Assembly: GCA_027604505.1 (NCBI GenBank) | Contig: JADIIX010000086.1 | Coordinates: 1-64,000, forward strand | Length of the DNA: 64,000 nucleotides | Direction: 5' to 3' | DNA from: Gonapodya sp. JEL0774 | Taxonomy: Eukaryota | Shown: positions 23,916 through 37,359 of the stretch, piece after piece | Layout: every line of letters begins with the position of its first letter | Position numbering within the stretch: the stretch's first letter is position 1 | The notes under the pieces: generated by a model | The model's input: only the letters and a program-made list of their open reading frames with translations | What the model was told of the DNA's origin: nothing | The model's database searches: none | Program-made: the position numbers and the translations under genes

Positions 23916-26680
23916 ATGGCGTCGGATGAACGCCGAGAGCCAGAGATGGCTCAAACCACTCCCCATCCACGACGGGCGTCCAGTCGAGGGAGACCGTTGC
24001 CCCAACCACCCAGTTCTGAGCTCCCCCACCATAATTGGCAAAGTCCCAATCCCTCACTACCGGCAACTCCGGCTGCTCTCATAACTGAATTTCCATGGAC
24101 GAGGCCTCCCATTGGGCCAGCTGATGGAGGGTTAGGGCATGATAGTAAAATATCGAGTGCACAGGAGAATGAAGCGCATTCGAGAGATCGTGACGCTGGA
24201 GTCAGAAACCAGAATCCAGAGATGGCACAGGTGAGTTTTCTTGATTGTACGTGTCCTTTGTTTCGCATGAGCTCACCTCAGATTTGAACTCTCTCACTTC
24301 ATTTCGCTCACTCGACCGACGACCACGTTCACAACATTATAGCGCCCGCCCAGAACACACCAATTCTCACCACCTTCATCAACTCACCCTGGTCGCTCCT
24401 CCTCCCACAGCCGTTCTCGCCGACGCCACGAACGAAATACAGCACGCTCGGCCAACAATCCTCAACGATCGTCCTCCCCACAACACCCCTCAGAATCTTA
24501 CCACGATGATGCTGAGATCTGGTATGCTGCGCAGGTGAACGAGTTGCAGGCCGCGGACGGTGTACCGGTTGAATTGCCGTACCGATTTGTGCACGTGGGG
24601 AGATGCAACTACGCCAACACCAAGCTGGTATTTGCCGAGACAATGCCAACTGCTTTATTGGGCAAGGTGAGTACGTCTGCATGGATTATGTTGGCCCTTC
24701 CGGAAGCCGTGAAATGCACATCACGGAGGGTCTCACGGTCTATCCTATGGAAAGCGAGTCCTGTGTCTCCAGCGATATGGAGGATTACAAAATGGCCACA
24801 TTGGTGGAGAGACTTGTGACAATCTACAAGTTCGCAGAGGTCGGCTGTTCTCCCCACGGAATATCAATTTTCCACCCTTTCGCCTCCATGTTTGCGCCGC
24901 TTAGCAGTTGCTTGTCATATTTTCACACTCGTTTGCTTTGCTCATTATTAGATGGACACTGGCCCTTTCAAAGCTCGAATCGAAATTCTCAACGGCTTGC
25001 CCGCATTCACCATGTTCCAGGTTCGACACTGCTTTGTCCTCCCGGTTACTGCCTTTTCCAACGTTGATAACTCCGAAATTTTCCCTTCGAAAAAGCCGTT
25101 CCACCTTATCCTCTACGTCATCGTCGCACCTCTCCTTTCCCTCGCCTTCTTCTGCCTGGCTCTCAAAGCCGTCATGAATTCTGCTGTGTTAGCGGGGAAT
25201 ATATTTGTGGTGGTCTTGGTGATGGGAAGTAGCATAGGGTGGTGTGGGGGTATTGGTTGGAGTGGATGGCGCGTGAGTTATCAAACCCCATACCATAGAT
25301 ATCCTGAAGCCGATTACGTATCTCATCCTACTTCTCAGTTTCACCGAAATCTTGTTTCCACGCTCAATGTGTTTAACTCTGCTGACGAGCATGCAGGCCT
25401 CCACTGGCAATCCGTGCCCAACCCCGCCCTGCTGGCCAGGGGGGGTTGGATCGCGAGATGGGCCAGGTGGGGATGGTCGCCACCTTATAAGGTAATTCGG
25501 GGCTTTCGATTTTGGTGCTGCTGCCTGCGTAAATGATGCTCAACTGCTCTAACGTTCAATGTCCAACTACACTCAGATTATATCCGTCACATCGCAGCCT
25601 CTCCCGTACTCCACACTCGACCGCCCCCAACCTCCCAACTACACGGCGACACCGGACGAGACCTTCACTCCTTCAAAGCGCCGTAAGGTGAACGTGCTCG
25701 ACATGCTGCGGCGGCCCGGGAGGGGAGGTTTCGGAAATGAAAGCATGACAGGGACAGCTGATCGTCCGCCGTCCTGGGCGTCGATGGAGACGGGTGATCT
25801 GTTGGACACACCAACTGGTAATCCAATCATGACGCAGGGATTTCCGACTGACATGAGCGGATGGCGGGTTCCAATTGGAGTGGAGTACCTGCCTCCCCCG
25901 TGGGCTGCAGCATCTCTGGTTCCTGCAGTCCAATCCGAGGACGATGAGCAGCAGCGGAGCTCTCCGAGTCCGATCCAGCCAGTCTCAGCCCCGCACGGTC
26001 AGTGGTCTCGGCGTTCGGCGATTCCGACAGCGCCGACCCCGCTGGAGAGGGCAATAACTCCGATATCCATGTTGGGTCGCCCTGGAACGTCGACGTCTGG
26101 ATCTAGATCATCACCTTTGGAATCCAGACCGCCTATGTCCGCAGTTCCTTCCGAATCGGTGACGTTGCAAGCTCCGCAAATTGACATCCACATTCCCGGT
26201 GCTGAGTTCTCCCCACTGCTTGTTGCGACCACTCCTGCACAGTTACTTCAACAGCAACAGGAAAAGCGAAACAACCGTCGCTCAGTTATTTCTGTCTCAG
26301 GCGTGTTTGCCGCCCTCGTAGGTGGATCGGGAACAGGAAAAAGAGGTGCTAAGAACCGTACCGAATCTCCTTCGCGTGCAGGATTCAGGGACAACCGGAA
26401 ATCTACCGCATCTGTTATCACGGTTTCTGGGCTGCTTCCATGGACAAATGACGAGGAGGATGCTTCGACGTCTTCAAAACCCTCCATGGGACGGCAGGAT
26501 CGGTCGTCACGTCGAACTCGGTCAGACGAGGAAATGGTTGGAAAGAAAATATCGATATCAGGTGGGACAGAGGACGTTGGCGGGGGTGAGAGCTTGGGTT
26601 GGGTGAGAAGACCCCGGTCGCAATCGATTTCCGCCCGAGTTTCTGAGTGGCTCGGATCTGCCACTGTGGATGCGAGATGA
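23916..26680 (+). CDS. Membrane protein with Erf4/Golgin-A7-like signature, two TM helices and long disordered termini
   Basis: Spliced FAETMPTALLGK|MDTGPFKARIEILN, hydrophobic pair 25095-25270, LNVFNSAD..GLHW, last exon ORF 25559..26680. Family call is by motif resemblance only. Confidence 0.5.
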
Positions 26681-26848
26681 GCTACGTATTCAACACCAGA
26701 TACTTGTTTCACATGACAATTTTGCACGCACCAGGCACGTCGAAACGTTCGAGAGTGCCAAACCCTAGTATTTTACATACCTATTTTTTGACTGATGTGA
26801 CGTCCATGTAAATGAGCTTTTAGGTCGCAATTGTGTGTATTTCATGTT

Positions 26849-26911
26849 TGCAGCGTGGATGAAACGAGCACGGAGCCGGTTGCAGCGCAGATGAAACGAG
26901 TGCGGTGCAGT
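26849..26911. repeat. Degenerate ~32-bp tandem repeat upstream of AKR copy A
   Basis: tgcagcgtggatgaaacgagcacggagccggt / tgcagcgcagatgaaacgagtgcggtgcagt; copy B has a single unit (~29045-29075). Confidence 0.7.
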
Positions 26912-26955
26912 TGCAGTGCTGGCTCTCAATTGTATCGCCGTAATCTAATTCTACC

Positions 26956-28557
26956 ATGATTGACTCTTCTCGCTATACGCAGCTGGGTTCTTTGCAATGC
27001 CATCGTATCTTGATTGGCATGTGGCAGCTCAGGTGGGATCCGGATCGGCTTCACTGGTGAGCCGACGCTGACACTCTGACATCCAAAGCTCACCGGCGTG
27101 GGGCAACTACCCAAACCAAGATGCGATAGTGTCTGCGATGAGAGAGCACTATGATTCTGGATTCACCACCGTGAGTATGAGCAAAAATATCCTTGGCACA
27201 ACTGATCGCAATGACATAGTCTGGGAACCAGTTTGATCTGGCAGATATTTATGGTCCATCTGAAATTCTCTACCGTCATTTTCTTCACGACTTGCGTGTA
27301 AATCCCACCCGTGAACCCCGTAACCCAGCTCCGCTTGGATTCACAAAATGGGTGCCCCCACCCGGACCCATGGGAAGACGCGAAGTGGAGAAGGCTGTGA
27401 GGGAACGAATGGAAAGAATGGGAGTCAGGGTTTTGGATATGATACAATTTCATTGGTGTGTTTCGGAACGAGGAGTTCCCCAGTAATCCTGAATCTTCGG
27501 TTTAATGCCTCTGCTTCGAATCAAACTTCGTCTGCGCATTTCTTTTTCCTCATCAGGCGCGACTACTCCGATAAGCGATACATGGACGCTCTCTGACACT
27601 TCAAGGAGCTAAAACAGGAGGGTCTGATTCGAGAGATCGCGCTCACCAATTTTGACACAGTGAGGTTGAAGGAGATTTTAGACGCGGGTGAATAGCTTTG
27701 GGGCTCTGCATGTATCACGATCTTTTGTTGAAACTGGTTGTGCAGGCATTCCGATTGTCTCAAATCAGGTTCAGTACTCTCTAGTGGACCGTCGACCAGA
27801 GCTTCGAATGGCGGAGCTCTGCCGCTCAAGAGGAGTGAAGCTTCTCACGTACGGCACGTTAGTGAGTAAATTCGTATTGCCGCTATTCTGTGACAAGGAA
27901 GGAGATCCACCCATTCTCTTGTTTGCATGGTTGCGAAATCGTCGTCAGTGCGGTGGACTTCTCTCCCCCACATACCTTCGACAATCTGCTCCTCCTTCTT
28001 CGCTCACTCCTTCCCAGAAAAAGTATCTTCAAATGATTCAAGCGTGGGGCGGCTGGTCCAAGTTCCAGAACCTCTTGGAGGTCCTGGACGCAGTTGCCAG
28101 AGAGAAGAGGGCAGGAGGAGCTGAGCAAGCTGACCTGAGCGCAGTGGCAGTGAAGTGGGCGCTGGGAAAAGATTTCGTGGGAGGAGTGAGTATGCACTCT
28201 GTGTTGGCAATCGGCTCTCACGGCGACACTCACTTGTACCGCTACTCTGACCTTTTGATTGCCACATGAGTAGGTCATTGTTGGTCAGTTGGCAAATTTC
28301 TAAACTAGATTGTGATATCTTACTGGTGCTTTGATAGGCGTGCGTTTCGGGATATCTTCCCATATCGCGTCAAACCTCATTCCGTTTAGCTTCTCTCTCA
28401 CGGACACGGATCGTGCCCGAATTGAGACAGCGGCTGGCTCTGGGGAAAATCTTCTCGAGAGTATCGGGGATTGCGGGGACGAGTGAGTTGGCGAAGGTGT
28501 ATCTCTCAATTCTTGACACTAGTTCGTTTGACCACTTTTCTTGATAGGTATCGTTAA
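26956..28557 (+). pseudogene. Aldo-keto reductase, copy A, with premature stop
   Basis: GMWQL|SSPAWG, FDLADIYGPSE, TKW, LDMIQFHW, LTNFD, SNQVQYSLVDRRP, GDCGDE|YR*. In-exon TGA at 27594-27596 where copy B has CGA (29779-29781). Confidence 0.85.
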
Positions 28558-29129
28558 GTATTGGAAGACGTTACGATCCAACTTATGTACTCAGAAAGAA
28601 TGGCAAATCCCAACTATAATAATATGTAGCATGTATTCCTCCTCCGTGGTGGCTCCCTCAGGGACATCCGAGCGACCACATGGAACTGCTGAATATATAC
28701 TACTTCAGCCCAGGGGACGATAGGGTCGATCCCCACGTTGAATTCTGCCTGAAGAGAAAATGGCTGTGATATCAGGTGGGGAAGAGGACGGTGGCGGGGT
28801 TCGGAGAGAATGCACCACTCGATCGATGTCCGCCCGAGTCTCGGATCTGCCACTGTGGACGCGAGATGAGCAACGTATATTCAGCTCCAGATGCTTGTTT
28901 CAGATGACAATTTTGCACGCACGAGGCACGTCGGAGTGTTCGGGAGAGGCAAACCCTGGTATTTTACATAGCTATTTTTTGACTGATATGACGTCCGTGT
29001 AAATGAGCTTTCAGGTCGCAATTGTGTGTGCATATTTTATGTTGACAGTGCGGATGAAACGAGTACATAGCCGGTGGCAGCACTGGCTCTGGGTCGTTCT
29101 CAATCGTATCGCCGCAATCTAATTCTGCC

Positions 29130-30743
29130 ATGATTGACTCTTCTCGCTATACGCAGCTGGGTTCTCTGCAATGCCATCGTATCTTGACTGGCATGTGGCA
29201 GCTAAGGTGGGATGGGAATCACTGGATCGGCTTCCTTAGTGAACCGGCACTGACGCTCTGACATCCAAAGCTCACCGGCGTGGGGTAACTACCCAAACCA
29301 AGATGTGATAGTGTCTGCGATGAGAGAGCACTATGATTCTGGATTTACCACCGTGAGTATGAGCAAAAATATTCGCAAACGGATTGCGCTGACCTTTAGT
29401 CTGGGAAAAACCAGTTTGATATGGCTGATCATTATGGCCCATCTGAAGCTCTCTACCGCCGTTTCCTCCAACACTTGAGCGCAAATCGCCCCCGTGAACC
29501 CCGTAACCCAGCTCCGCTTGGATTCACAAAATGGGTTCCCCCCCCCGGACCCATGGGAAGACGCGAAGTGGAGAAGGCTGTGAGGGAACGAATGGAAAGA
29601 ATGGGGGTCAGCGCTTTGGATATGGTACAGTTTCATTGGTGGGTCTTAAAAATACGAGATCTTTGGTTGGGCGTAAATCTCTGTGTTAAAGATTCAAAAC
29701 TTCCGATCCCATGTCCTTTACGGACTCTTTCTCCTTATTAGGTGGGACTACTCCGATAAGAGATACATGGACGCCCTCCGACACTTCAAGGAGCTAAAAC
29801 AGGAGGGTCTGATTCGAGAGATCGCTCTCACCAATTTTGACACAGTGAGGTTGAAGGAGATTTTAGACGCGGGTGAATAGCTTTGGGGCTCTGCATGTAT
29901 CACGGTCTTTTGTTGAAGCTGGTCGTGCAGACATTCCGATTGTCTCAAATCAGGTTCAGTACTCTCTAGTGGACCGTCGACCAGAGCTTCGAATGGCGGA
30001 GCTCTGCCGCTCAAGAGGAGTGAAGCTTCTCACGTACGGCACGTTAGTGAGTAAATTCGTATTGCCGCTATTCTGTGACAAGGAAGGAGATCCACCGTTT
30101 CTCTTGTTTGCATGGTTGCGAAATCGTCATCAGTGCGGTGGACTTCTCTCCCCCACATACCTTCGACAATCTGCTCCTCCTTCTTCGCTCACTCCTTCCC
30201 AGAAAAAATATCTTCAAATGATTCAAGCGTGGGGTGGCTGGTCCAAGTTCCAGAACCTCTTGGAGGTCCTGGACGCAGTTGCCAGAGAGAAGAGGGCAGG
30301 AGGAGCTGAGCAAGCTGACCTGAGCGCAGTGGCAGTGAAGTGGGCGCTGGAAAAAGATTTCGTGGGAGGAGTGAGTATACACTCTGTGTTGGCAATCGGC
30401 TCTAACCGCGACACTCACTTGTACCGCTCCTCTGACCTTTTGATTGCCACATGAGTAGGTCATTGTTGGTCAGTTGGCATATTTCTAAACTAGAGTGTTA
30501 TATCTTACTGGTGCTTTGATAGGCGTGCGTTTCGGGATATCTTCCCATATCGCGTCAAACCTCGTTCCGTTTAGCTTCTCTCTCACGGACACAGATCGTG
30601 CTCGAATCGAAGGAGCTGCTGGCTCCGCGGAAAAAATGTTCAATCGGATTGGGGATTGCGGTGATGAGTGAGTGCATCTGTTACTATCTGTGAAATCTTG
30701 ACACAAGTGTTGGTGAACCACATTTCCTTTTAGATACCGATAA
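29130..30743 (+). CDS. Aldo-keto reductase (GDCGDEYR C-terminal subfamily), copy B, intact
   Basis: Same exon structure as copy A; FDMADHYGPSE (catalytic D/Y), TKW (K), QFHW|WDY (H); no stop seen. Confidence 0.9.
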
Positions 30744-31009
30744 GGATTATGGGATAACCTTCCGACGGAACTTTTGTACTCAAAGAAGAAATACAGATTG
30801 CAAATTTTTCGTTCCGGAGGTCTGGGAGACTTCGTGTCCCAGCTTGCCAGCCCACTTCCGCCCTCAGGGACAAGCCGATCCATCATCAGGGAATCCCACT
30901 GCAGTTATATCTACCAGCGATGCCAGATGTCCCGACCACGCCCGCGATGGATGCTTCACTAAACGAGGGAGGCATGTACTAAGAAGCTCGTGTGCCTTGA
31001 GGATGGTGA

Positions 31010-34000
31010 ATGCAAACTGACCCCATATCGTTGGAAGCAGAATCCGGAGCGCGAGCGCAAGGGAGACCCAACAATGTGTTTGCACCTCCTATAAAACGGA
31101 AGAGCTACCAGTTCCGGGCCTTGGTGAATTGTGATGGATAGATTTGGCCGATTCGATGGGGGACAGTGGAGTGATCTTGACAGTCGTTTTGGGGCGCATC
31201 AGGTCCGCAAGTCTATCGCATTTCAGAAACGTCAGATGTTTACAAATATCTGCTGCATAAGCTGTTGCCCTCTAATGATGGTGCGGTTCTCCGCCGCTTC
31301 AACACGTTGTGCGGTGGTTTCTCAAGCTTCACAATTCCACCAGGTCGTCATCTCCAGCGTCCTCGGAGTTGTTCTACAGGGTCTTATCTCCAAGTCTGCC
31401 ACCGGGGTTGAATTCCTGTTTTGCTCCAATGTGGACGCGTCCGACCCTTCAACTGGGCTCCCTATCACTGACGTCAATCTCTTGGTGTTCTACAATGCAA
31501 CAAACTACACGGGCCCGGCTATCAAGTCTGCGTCATATGAAACGGGTGCCGTGAGGCATGCCAATTTCATCAATGCGGGTGTGTCTGTTCTGAATGTTTT
31601 CTGCTGTTCCTGCCACTGACTTCGGAACTCGGCAGGGGGAAGCGGAGCAAGTGGACTCATAGGAGTTCCTTCTTGTGAGCGGTGGCTTGGATGTAGGTTG
31701 TTTCTCCAAGTTTTTCCTCTCCAGTTGTGCGACTGCTGTTCTCAAGCAATAATGCAGCGTCCTACCCGAACTCTTGGCCCATTCCCGCTCCACCGTATGA
31801 CAAAGGAATCTTAGGAGTTCTTCCGGACGTTGCAGGACGTGACACGTGAGCAGTGATGTCCGCTTCTGTGAAACATAGATGTCGAAACGTTCCTTGCAGC
31901 ACTTTTCGCAACCAGCCTTCGACCGGGTGGCTTGGGTCCGTTCTCAACCCTCTTGGTCAATATCCTTTTCTCGTCTCTTATCAATCCCTCCCCTGGCTTT
32001 TCGTTTACTCGCCATCCTCCCTCCGATCCACTGTGGGCTCCAAGCCATCCGCAAACTACTCTGTGAATCTCGCTGCATCTGGTTTTTCAATCGGTATCTC
32101 TGTGAACTCTTCTGCATCAACTACACCCTCCTTGCCGCCCAGATTCGGCTCGGTGAATGCTGCAACCGATTCGGGAATGCTTGCGCTCTCCTCCAATCGT
32201 TTCTTCGTATCCAATGTGACGTTTCCACCTGCCATGCTGGCAGCGTCAACGTCGCAGGCTTCGCTTTTGACGTATCTAGCTGGCAACCCGTTGCGTGACG
32301 TGTCACTCAAGAGCGCCCCGTATTTCGTGGATGTAAGCACAGATATCGAAGCGGCCGCTGCAGGAAAATATTCTCGTGATGGCGATGGGATATCTAAAGC
32401 AATGGATGACAAAATTGGGTCGCTGCTTCTGAGGTGAATCCCCCTCCACGAGTAACCACTTAAATTTACATCCAAGCCATGTCGCTCCACAGCACAGTTC
32501 TTCAGCTTGTTGCGCTTGACAAAACGCCCCTCACTAGCTCCAGCGCATCCTTACAGGCCCAACTTAACTACATCCAGCAAGCAGCGGCCCTTTCGACGAA
32601 TGTTCCCGCCTCAGCCCTTATATTTGAGAAGCTGGACTTCGGCACTTTGGAGTTTTCTGCGACAATTCAGGCGGGCACTGATAGAAGAGTCGCTTCGACG
32701 GCAAATTTACCCTCTCAGTGGCTAAGGAGGCTGGTTGTATTGACAGAGCTTTCCAATATGATCTGTAAGTCAACCTGTCAATTTTCAGTCTTCGTCAGTA
32801 CCGAAGTGTAATCATGTTGGTTAATGCCAGTGCGTCAGCTGGGAACCGTGTTCCCACTCAAGAACCTCACGTCGGCAGTCATATCACAGGGTTTCCGCCA
32901 TTTCCCATCATACATCAACACAAAGGTGAACTTTGTGACTGCTGTCAGATTGACAACAACAAATGTTCCGAAGTAACCTTTCTGGGCTACCACACGGTTC
33001 TTTTAGGCAGCAGCAAACCTTCCGATTGCGAGCTTTATTGGGAGGATTTTATATCCGTGGGGTGTGTCGTTCCTCATTCCCATATTTGTTGTGACGATTG
33101 TCCGGGAGAAGGAAGCACGTATTGAGGTGATGATGAAAATGGTGAGAGCTGTTCAGAAAAGGCTTGTTTTTCATATTTTCACCTCTCCGAATCTTAGAAC
33201 GGCCTCAAGCTCAGTTCTTACTTCATAATTCAATACCTGCAGTTTCTGATTCTTGCAATCATTTCGGCCATCGTGTTTCTCTTGGCCGGGACGGCAGGCA
33301 GACTGGACATGTTCATTAACACCAACCGAGCGATTCTACCTCTCCTGTTCTTGATTTGGTCCAACGTTCAAGTGTCGTTGGCATTTTTTTTCAGCTCCTT
33401 CTTCAGCAAGAATCGTACAGCGCTCGGTAAGTTTTCTCAAATCGGCATGCAAGAGCAAAAGCAGAGCACTAAATTCTTCTATGTCCCAGTAATGACGTTT
33501 TTAATTGTTTTGTGCTCTGTTGGTGAGCCACGCTCGCTTTATCAGTTGGAGCTTTTCTTTTCCGTGATACATGGCCTTAGTGGTTGCTCTGGCACTCGAC
33601 GCACTATACTCGGGACCTCTCAATACCGCTTTCTTCCTCTGTGAGTTCTCCTTTGGAGCGTGGCTGAACTGCTTTTCTTCTTATGGGTTATTCAGGGCCG
33701 CCATTCGCATTTTATCGCGCTCTCTCGAGAATCAACAATGCCTCTTGGCGAAGATCACTGCGACCATATGAACTCTCTTCTCTCGCGTTCCCGGACGAAG
33801 TCGGAACCGCAATGGTTTTTATGGTCGTCGAAATTCCAATTTTCATGCTCCTGGGATACTATTTGACCCAGGTATTATTGCTGTTGTGAAGACTTGAATG
33901 CCGATGTTCAGCCGTTACAAATTTCCCAGGTACTTCCAAGCGAGTTCGGCGTCCGCAAGCCCGTCTGGTTTCCCGTCACCGCTGCAATGTCATACTTTTC

Positions 34001-35641
34001 GTCTCTTCAGAAAGGACGAATTTCCAGCCGGCCCCATCTCAGCCGCAAAGAACGAGGAACCATAACTCCTGAGCAGAGTCAGGCTGTGGCGACGCTCCAT
34101 AAATCCAACTCATCGCATTTGGTTACTATTCCTGAAGAAGATGACGACGTTCGTGAGGAAAGGCATAGGGTGAACGAAGGGCATGTGGACATGTCTAAGA
34201 CCCCATTGCTCATCCAAGGAATGCGAAAGATTTACGGCGGACGAATGGGCAAGGGTCCGAAAATCGCAGTGAATAATATCACGGTTGCGGCTGAGGAAGG
34301 ACGGGTCTTCGGACTGCTAGGTCCGAACGGCGCGGGTAGGTCAATCATTTTCACCTATTCGACGGTATCTCATCACTACTTTGCTCAGGCAAAACTACGT
34401 TGATATCAATCTTGACCGGGATCTACCCGCCAACAGATGGTGAAGCCATCATTGCGGGTTACAACATTCGTGAGCTCTCGTACACTGGACAAATCGACTA
34501 GCATATCACTAATAATGCTTGGTGATCCACAACAAGATACTAATATGGCCGATGTATATCGGAATATCGGCGTTTGTCCTCAACATGACATTCGTGAGTT
34601 CGATCGTTCTCCCAAGGTGCCGGAGGACGAGCATTCAAGTTTCCGCCCTTGGTTTGTTGATTTTCATTTGTCCGCAGTCTGGGATGATTTAACCGTAGAA
34701 GAGCACCTCCTGTTTTGTGAGTTTTGAGACTACAAAAATGTCAGACTGAGCCTCATCAGAATTTTATTCTATCTGACACCTCGACGTGCAGACGCTCGGC
34801 TCAAGGGCATACCGGCATCGGAGGAGCAAGCCGCTGCTCTCGCTTCCATGAAAGCAGTGGCCCTTCAAGATTTTGCCACACGACTTTCGAAGGGCTTAAG
34901 CGGGGGTGAGAAGAGAAGGCTCAGTATTGCGATTGCGTTGGTGGGGAGTCCTGCTTGTGTATTTCTGGATGAGCCCACAGTAAGTGTGATGGTGTAGGAG
35001 AGTGTACAGTTTCAATTTCTTATCGAACGTTCCTTTAGACAGGTTTGGATCCCGAAGTGCGCCGTCTTATATGGAATATCATCACCAAAGCACGAGCCGG
35101 TAAAACAATCATTCTGACCACGCACTCCATGGAAGAGGCGGAGGTCTTGTGTCAACGAATCGGTATTATGGCGAAAGGCACGATGCGGTGTCTGGGGAGT
35201 GTGCTGAGACTGAAACAGCTTTATGGAGCTGGATTCAAGCTTACTTTCTCTGCCGCGACCAATGACATGAGCAAAGCGGGATCGTACGTCCAAATGGAAT
35301 TGCGCACTGTCTGCCGTGTCTCTCCGCTTACTGTGACCCCAATATCTTTTCCCAGATTTGTTGAGTCCATTCTGCCAACCGGAGATTACAAGCGTATCGA
35401 CTTCTTTTCCACCAGTGCCACATATGAGTTTACTCCAGGTGCGGGGCAAATAGGGCAAATTTTTGAGGTGATGCAGCGGGATAGTGCTGCATATGGGATC
35501 TTTGATTGGGGCATCTCGCAGACTTCTCTTGAGGAAGTCTTTTTGGAGATTATCACGTGAGTATATCCCTCGCTGTCGTATCTTGAGCTTGGCAATCAAT
35601 AATGAATGTGATTCAGTGACGACGATGCGTCAGCTGATTGA
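31010..35641 (+). CDS. Half-size ABCA-family transporter (one TMD with large exoloop plus one NBD)
   Basis: RKSYQFRAL|VRKSIAFQKRQ, EKEARIEVMMKM|NGL, GPNGA|GKTT, IGVCPQHDI, LSGGEKRRLSIAIAL, FLDEPT|TGLDP, TTHSMEEAE, SQTSLEEVFL. Confidence 0.93.
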
Positions 35642-36059
35642 GCATGGCAATAAGGACGAACCAGGACTCGTGAACATGCAACCAACAATCCCGTCTAATG
35701 AACAATACATTCATGATAGAAACGGAAAAACACGCATAATCATGGCTAATATTCGTGTAACTAGACTTGCATGGTAATTGAATTTTCCTTATATGTACAT
35801 ACCTTGTGTTGGCTGCCTGACTGATCACCCAAAGTGGAACAGGAGACGCGTGTTAACTCTCGACCATCCGAGCATCAAAGTCAGTTCCATATATCTGGAA
35901 ATAGGCATCATATACTTTCTAGTGAAGAATCACCGCCTGACGTGCCTCAGTTCTGCCTGGCTGGTCTCACCACATTCATTCTTCCCTTCGCAGTTGCTCC
36001 GATTGAACTGCTTCTCACCATTCTGAGACCGTTATCAATTCAAGCCCGTCTTCGACTTA

Positions 36060-37239
36060 ATGGATATCCCATCAATTCCTCTTCCACCAGCGGGACCCGA
36101 GTCTGTCGATTCCCTTTCAGAATTGCCCACACCTCTTCGGAACCTTCATACTCAGCATTCCGGACTCTCAGATCAACACTCTTCCAAACTATATTACCGT
36201 CAACCATCAGAAAGCATTGGTAGCATTGGTGGTATTAACGCTGCCTTCAATGAAGAAGCAATTGGGAAAACGAACAGCAACCCCCTTCGATATGGCACCT
36301 TCACTTTCACACCAGACCCCGACTACGACGATGCTGACGCCATGTCCTTTAAAACGCCTTGGATTCTTGGCAAGGTTGTTGATTCCCTACCCTCCTTTCT
36401 GCAAAACGTTTACTTCAAAGCCCTAGAACCCACTTTGGTTGAGCCCGTGGTCAAACCATGGCGCCGAGCAAGCTTATGGGAAAAGACAAAACTCATTTGT
36501 GTTGGTCTTGTTTTCATGTGGCTCGTGTCCACTTTCGTTGTCGGATTCACCCCATTTTCGTATGGAACTTTCTCAACATCTGACACGACTGCGCTCCGCC
36601 GTGAAATTGCGGACCTTCGACGGGAGCTTGCTGCGGCGAAAGAAATGAAAAAAGATTATTCTGGGCTTGTGACGAGGTATACTGCCTTAACTAAGGAACT
36701 GGACGAAGTGAAAAGTAATGCCAGGAGGGACCAAGCTGCCCTCGAAGCAGCGAGGAAAACAGGGGGCACAATTGGAAGGGCATCCACTGCGTCAATCTCA
36801 AAACTTAACCAGCATGATAACGTCGGTGACCGGTCTTCTGAATCGGTTCCAAGCACTTTTGCGAGCAAGAATAAGATTGGTTTAAACTCACAGCCGGCCA
36901 AGTCGTCTCTCGAAAAATCTCAAGACCACTACTTGACACGAACTACCGATTCCAGTGGAGCAGTAGTAGGCGATTCCTCATCGGCTCGTAAAAGCTCTTC
37001 ATGGTGGCCTCAAAGGGACTTCGACGGAGCCATGGAGGGTGATGCGGTGGAGCAAAATGATGCGCCTCAGTACACGATTCCAATGTTTGGTGTGTTTTAT
37101 GTTTGTGCGTTTATCGCCGAATCGACTAACGCACCCTCAATTCCCATCAGCGGCGATTCTGTGCATCATTTTCTTCTCATACACTGACATGGGTTCCCAT
37201 GCGATGGGCAGCCTCGACAATCTGGTCGGAAAACAGTGA
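36060..37239 (+). CDS. Unknown membrane protein: TM, coiled coil, low-complexity region, C-terminal TM
   Basis: 375-aa ORF with TM LICVGLVFMWLVSTFVVGF and heptads LRREIADLRRELAAAKEM..LTKELDEVK; a final GT-AG intron gives YTIPMF|AAILCIIFFSY..GKQ*. Confidence 0.6.
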
Positions 37240-37359
37240 AGTCCGAATTTTGGCGACAGGAAAACTCAGAAATAGTTCGAGCACCTGCTACTTTGCTTAT
37301 TTAGAAGGAATGTAGTAAAATAATCGTTTTGTGTCTAAGTGAATGTTTATTTCAGCGTC

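Larger units (their letters stand above)
26550..30875 (+). repeat. ~2.2 kb direct tandem duplication (copy A ~26550-28670; copy B ~28765-30875)
   Basis: Near-identical ORFs 27688..28269 and 29873..30454, introns included; the 3' end of the upstream gene (gatatcaggtggg...ggatctgccactgtgga.gcgagatga) recurs at 28768-28869. Confidence 0.95.

Noticed and set aside
26790..26900. Hammerhead ribozyme (CTGATG..GAAAC)
   Set aside because: The core is CTGATGT, not CTGANGA, and no stems are evident.
27594..27596. Selenocysteine or recoded TGA in AKR copy A
   Set aside because: It aligns to Arg (CGA) in the paralog, not Cys; a simple CpG transition explains it.
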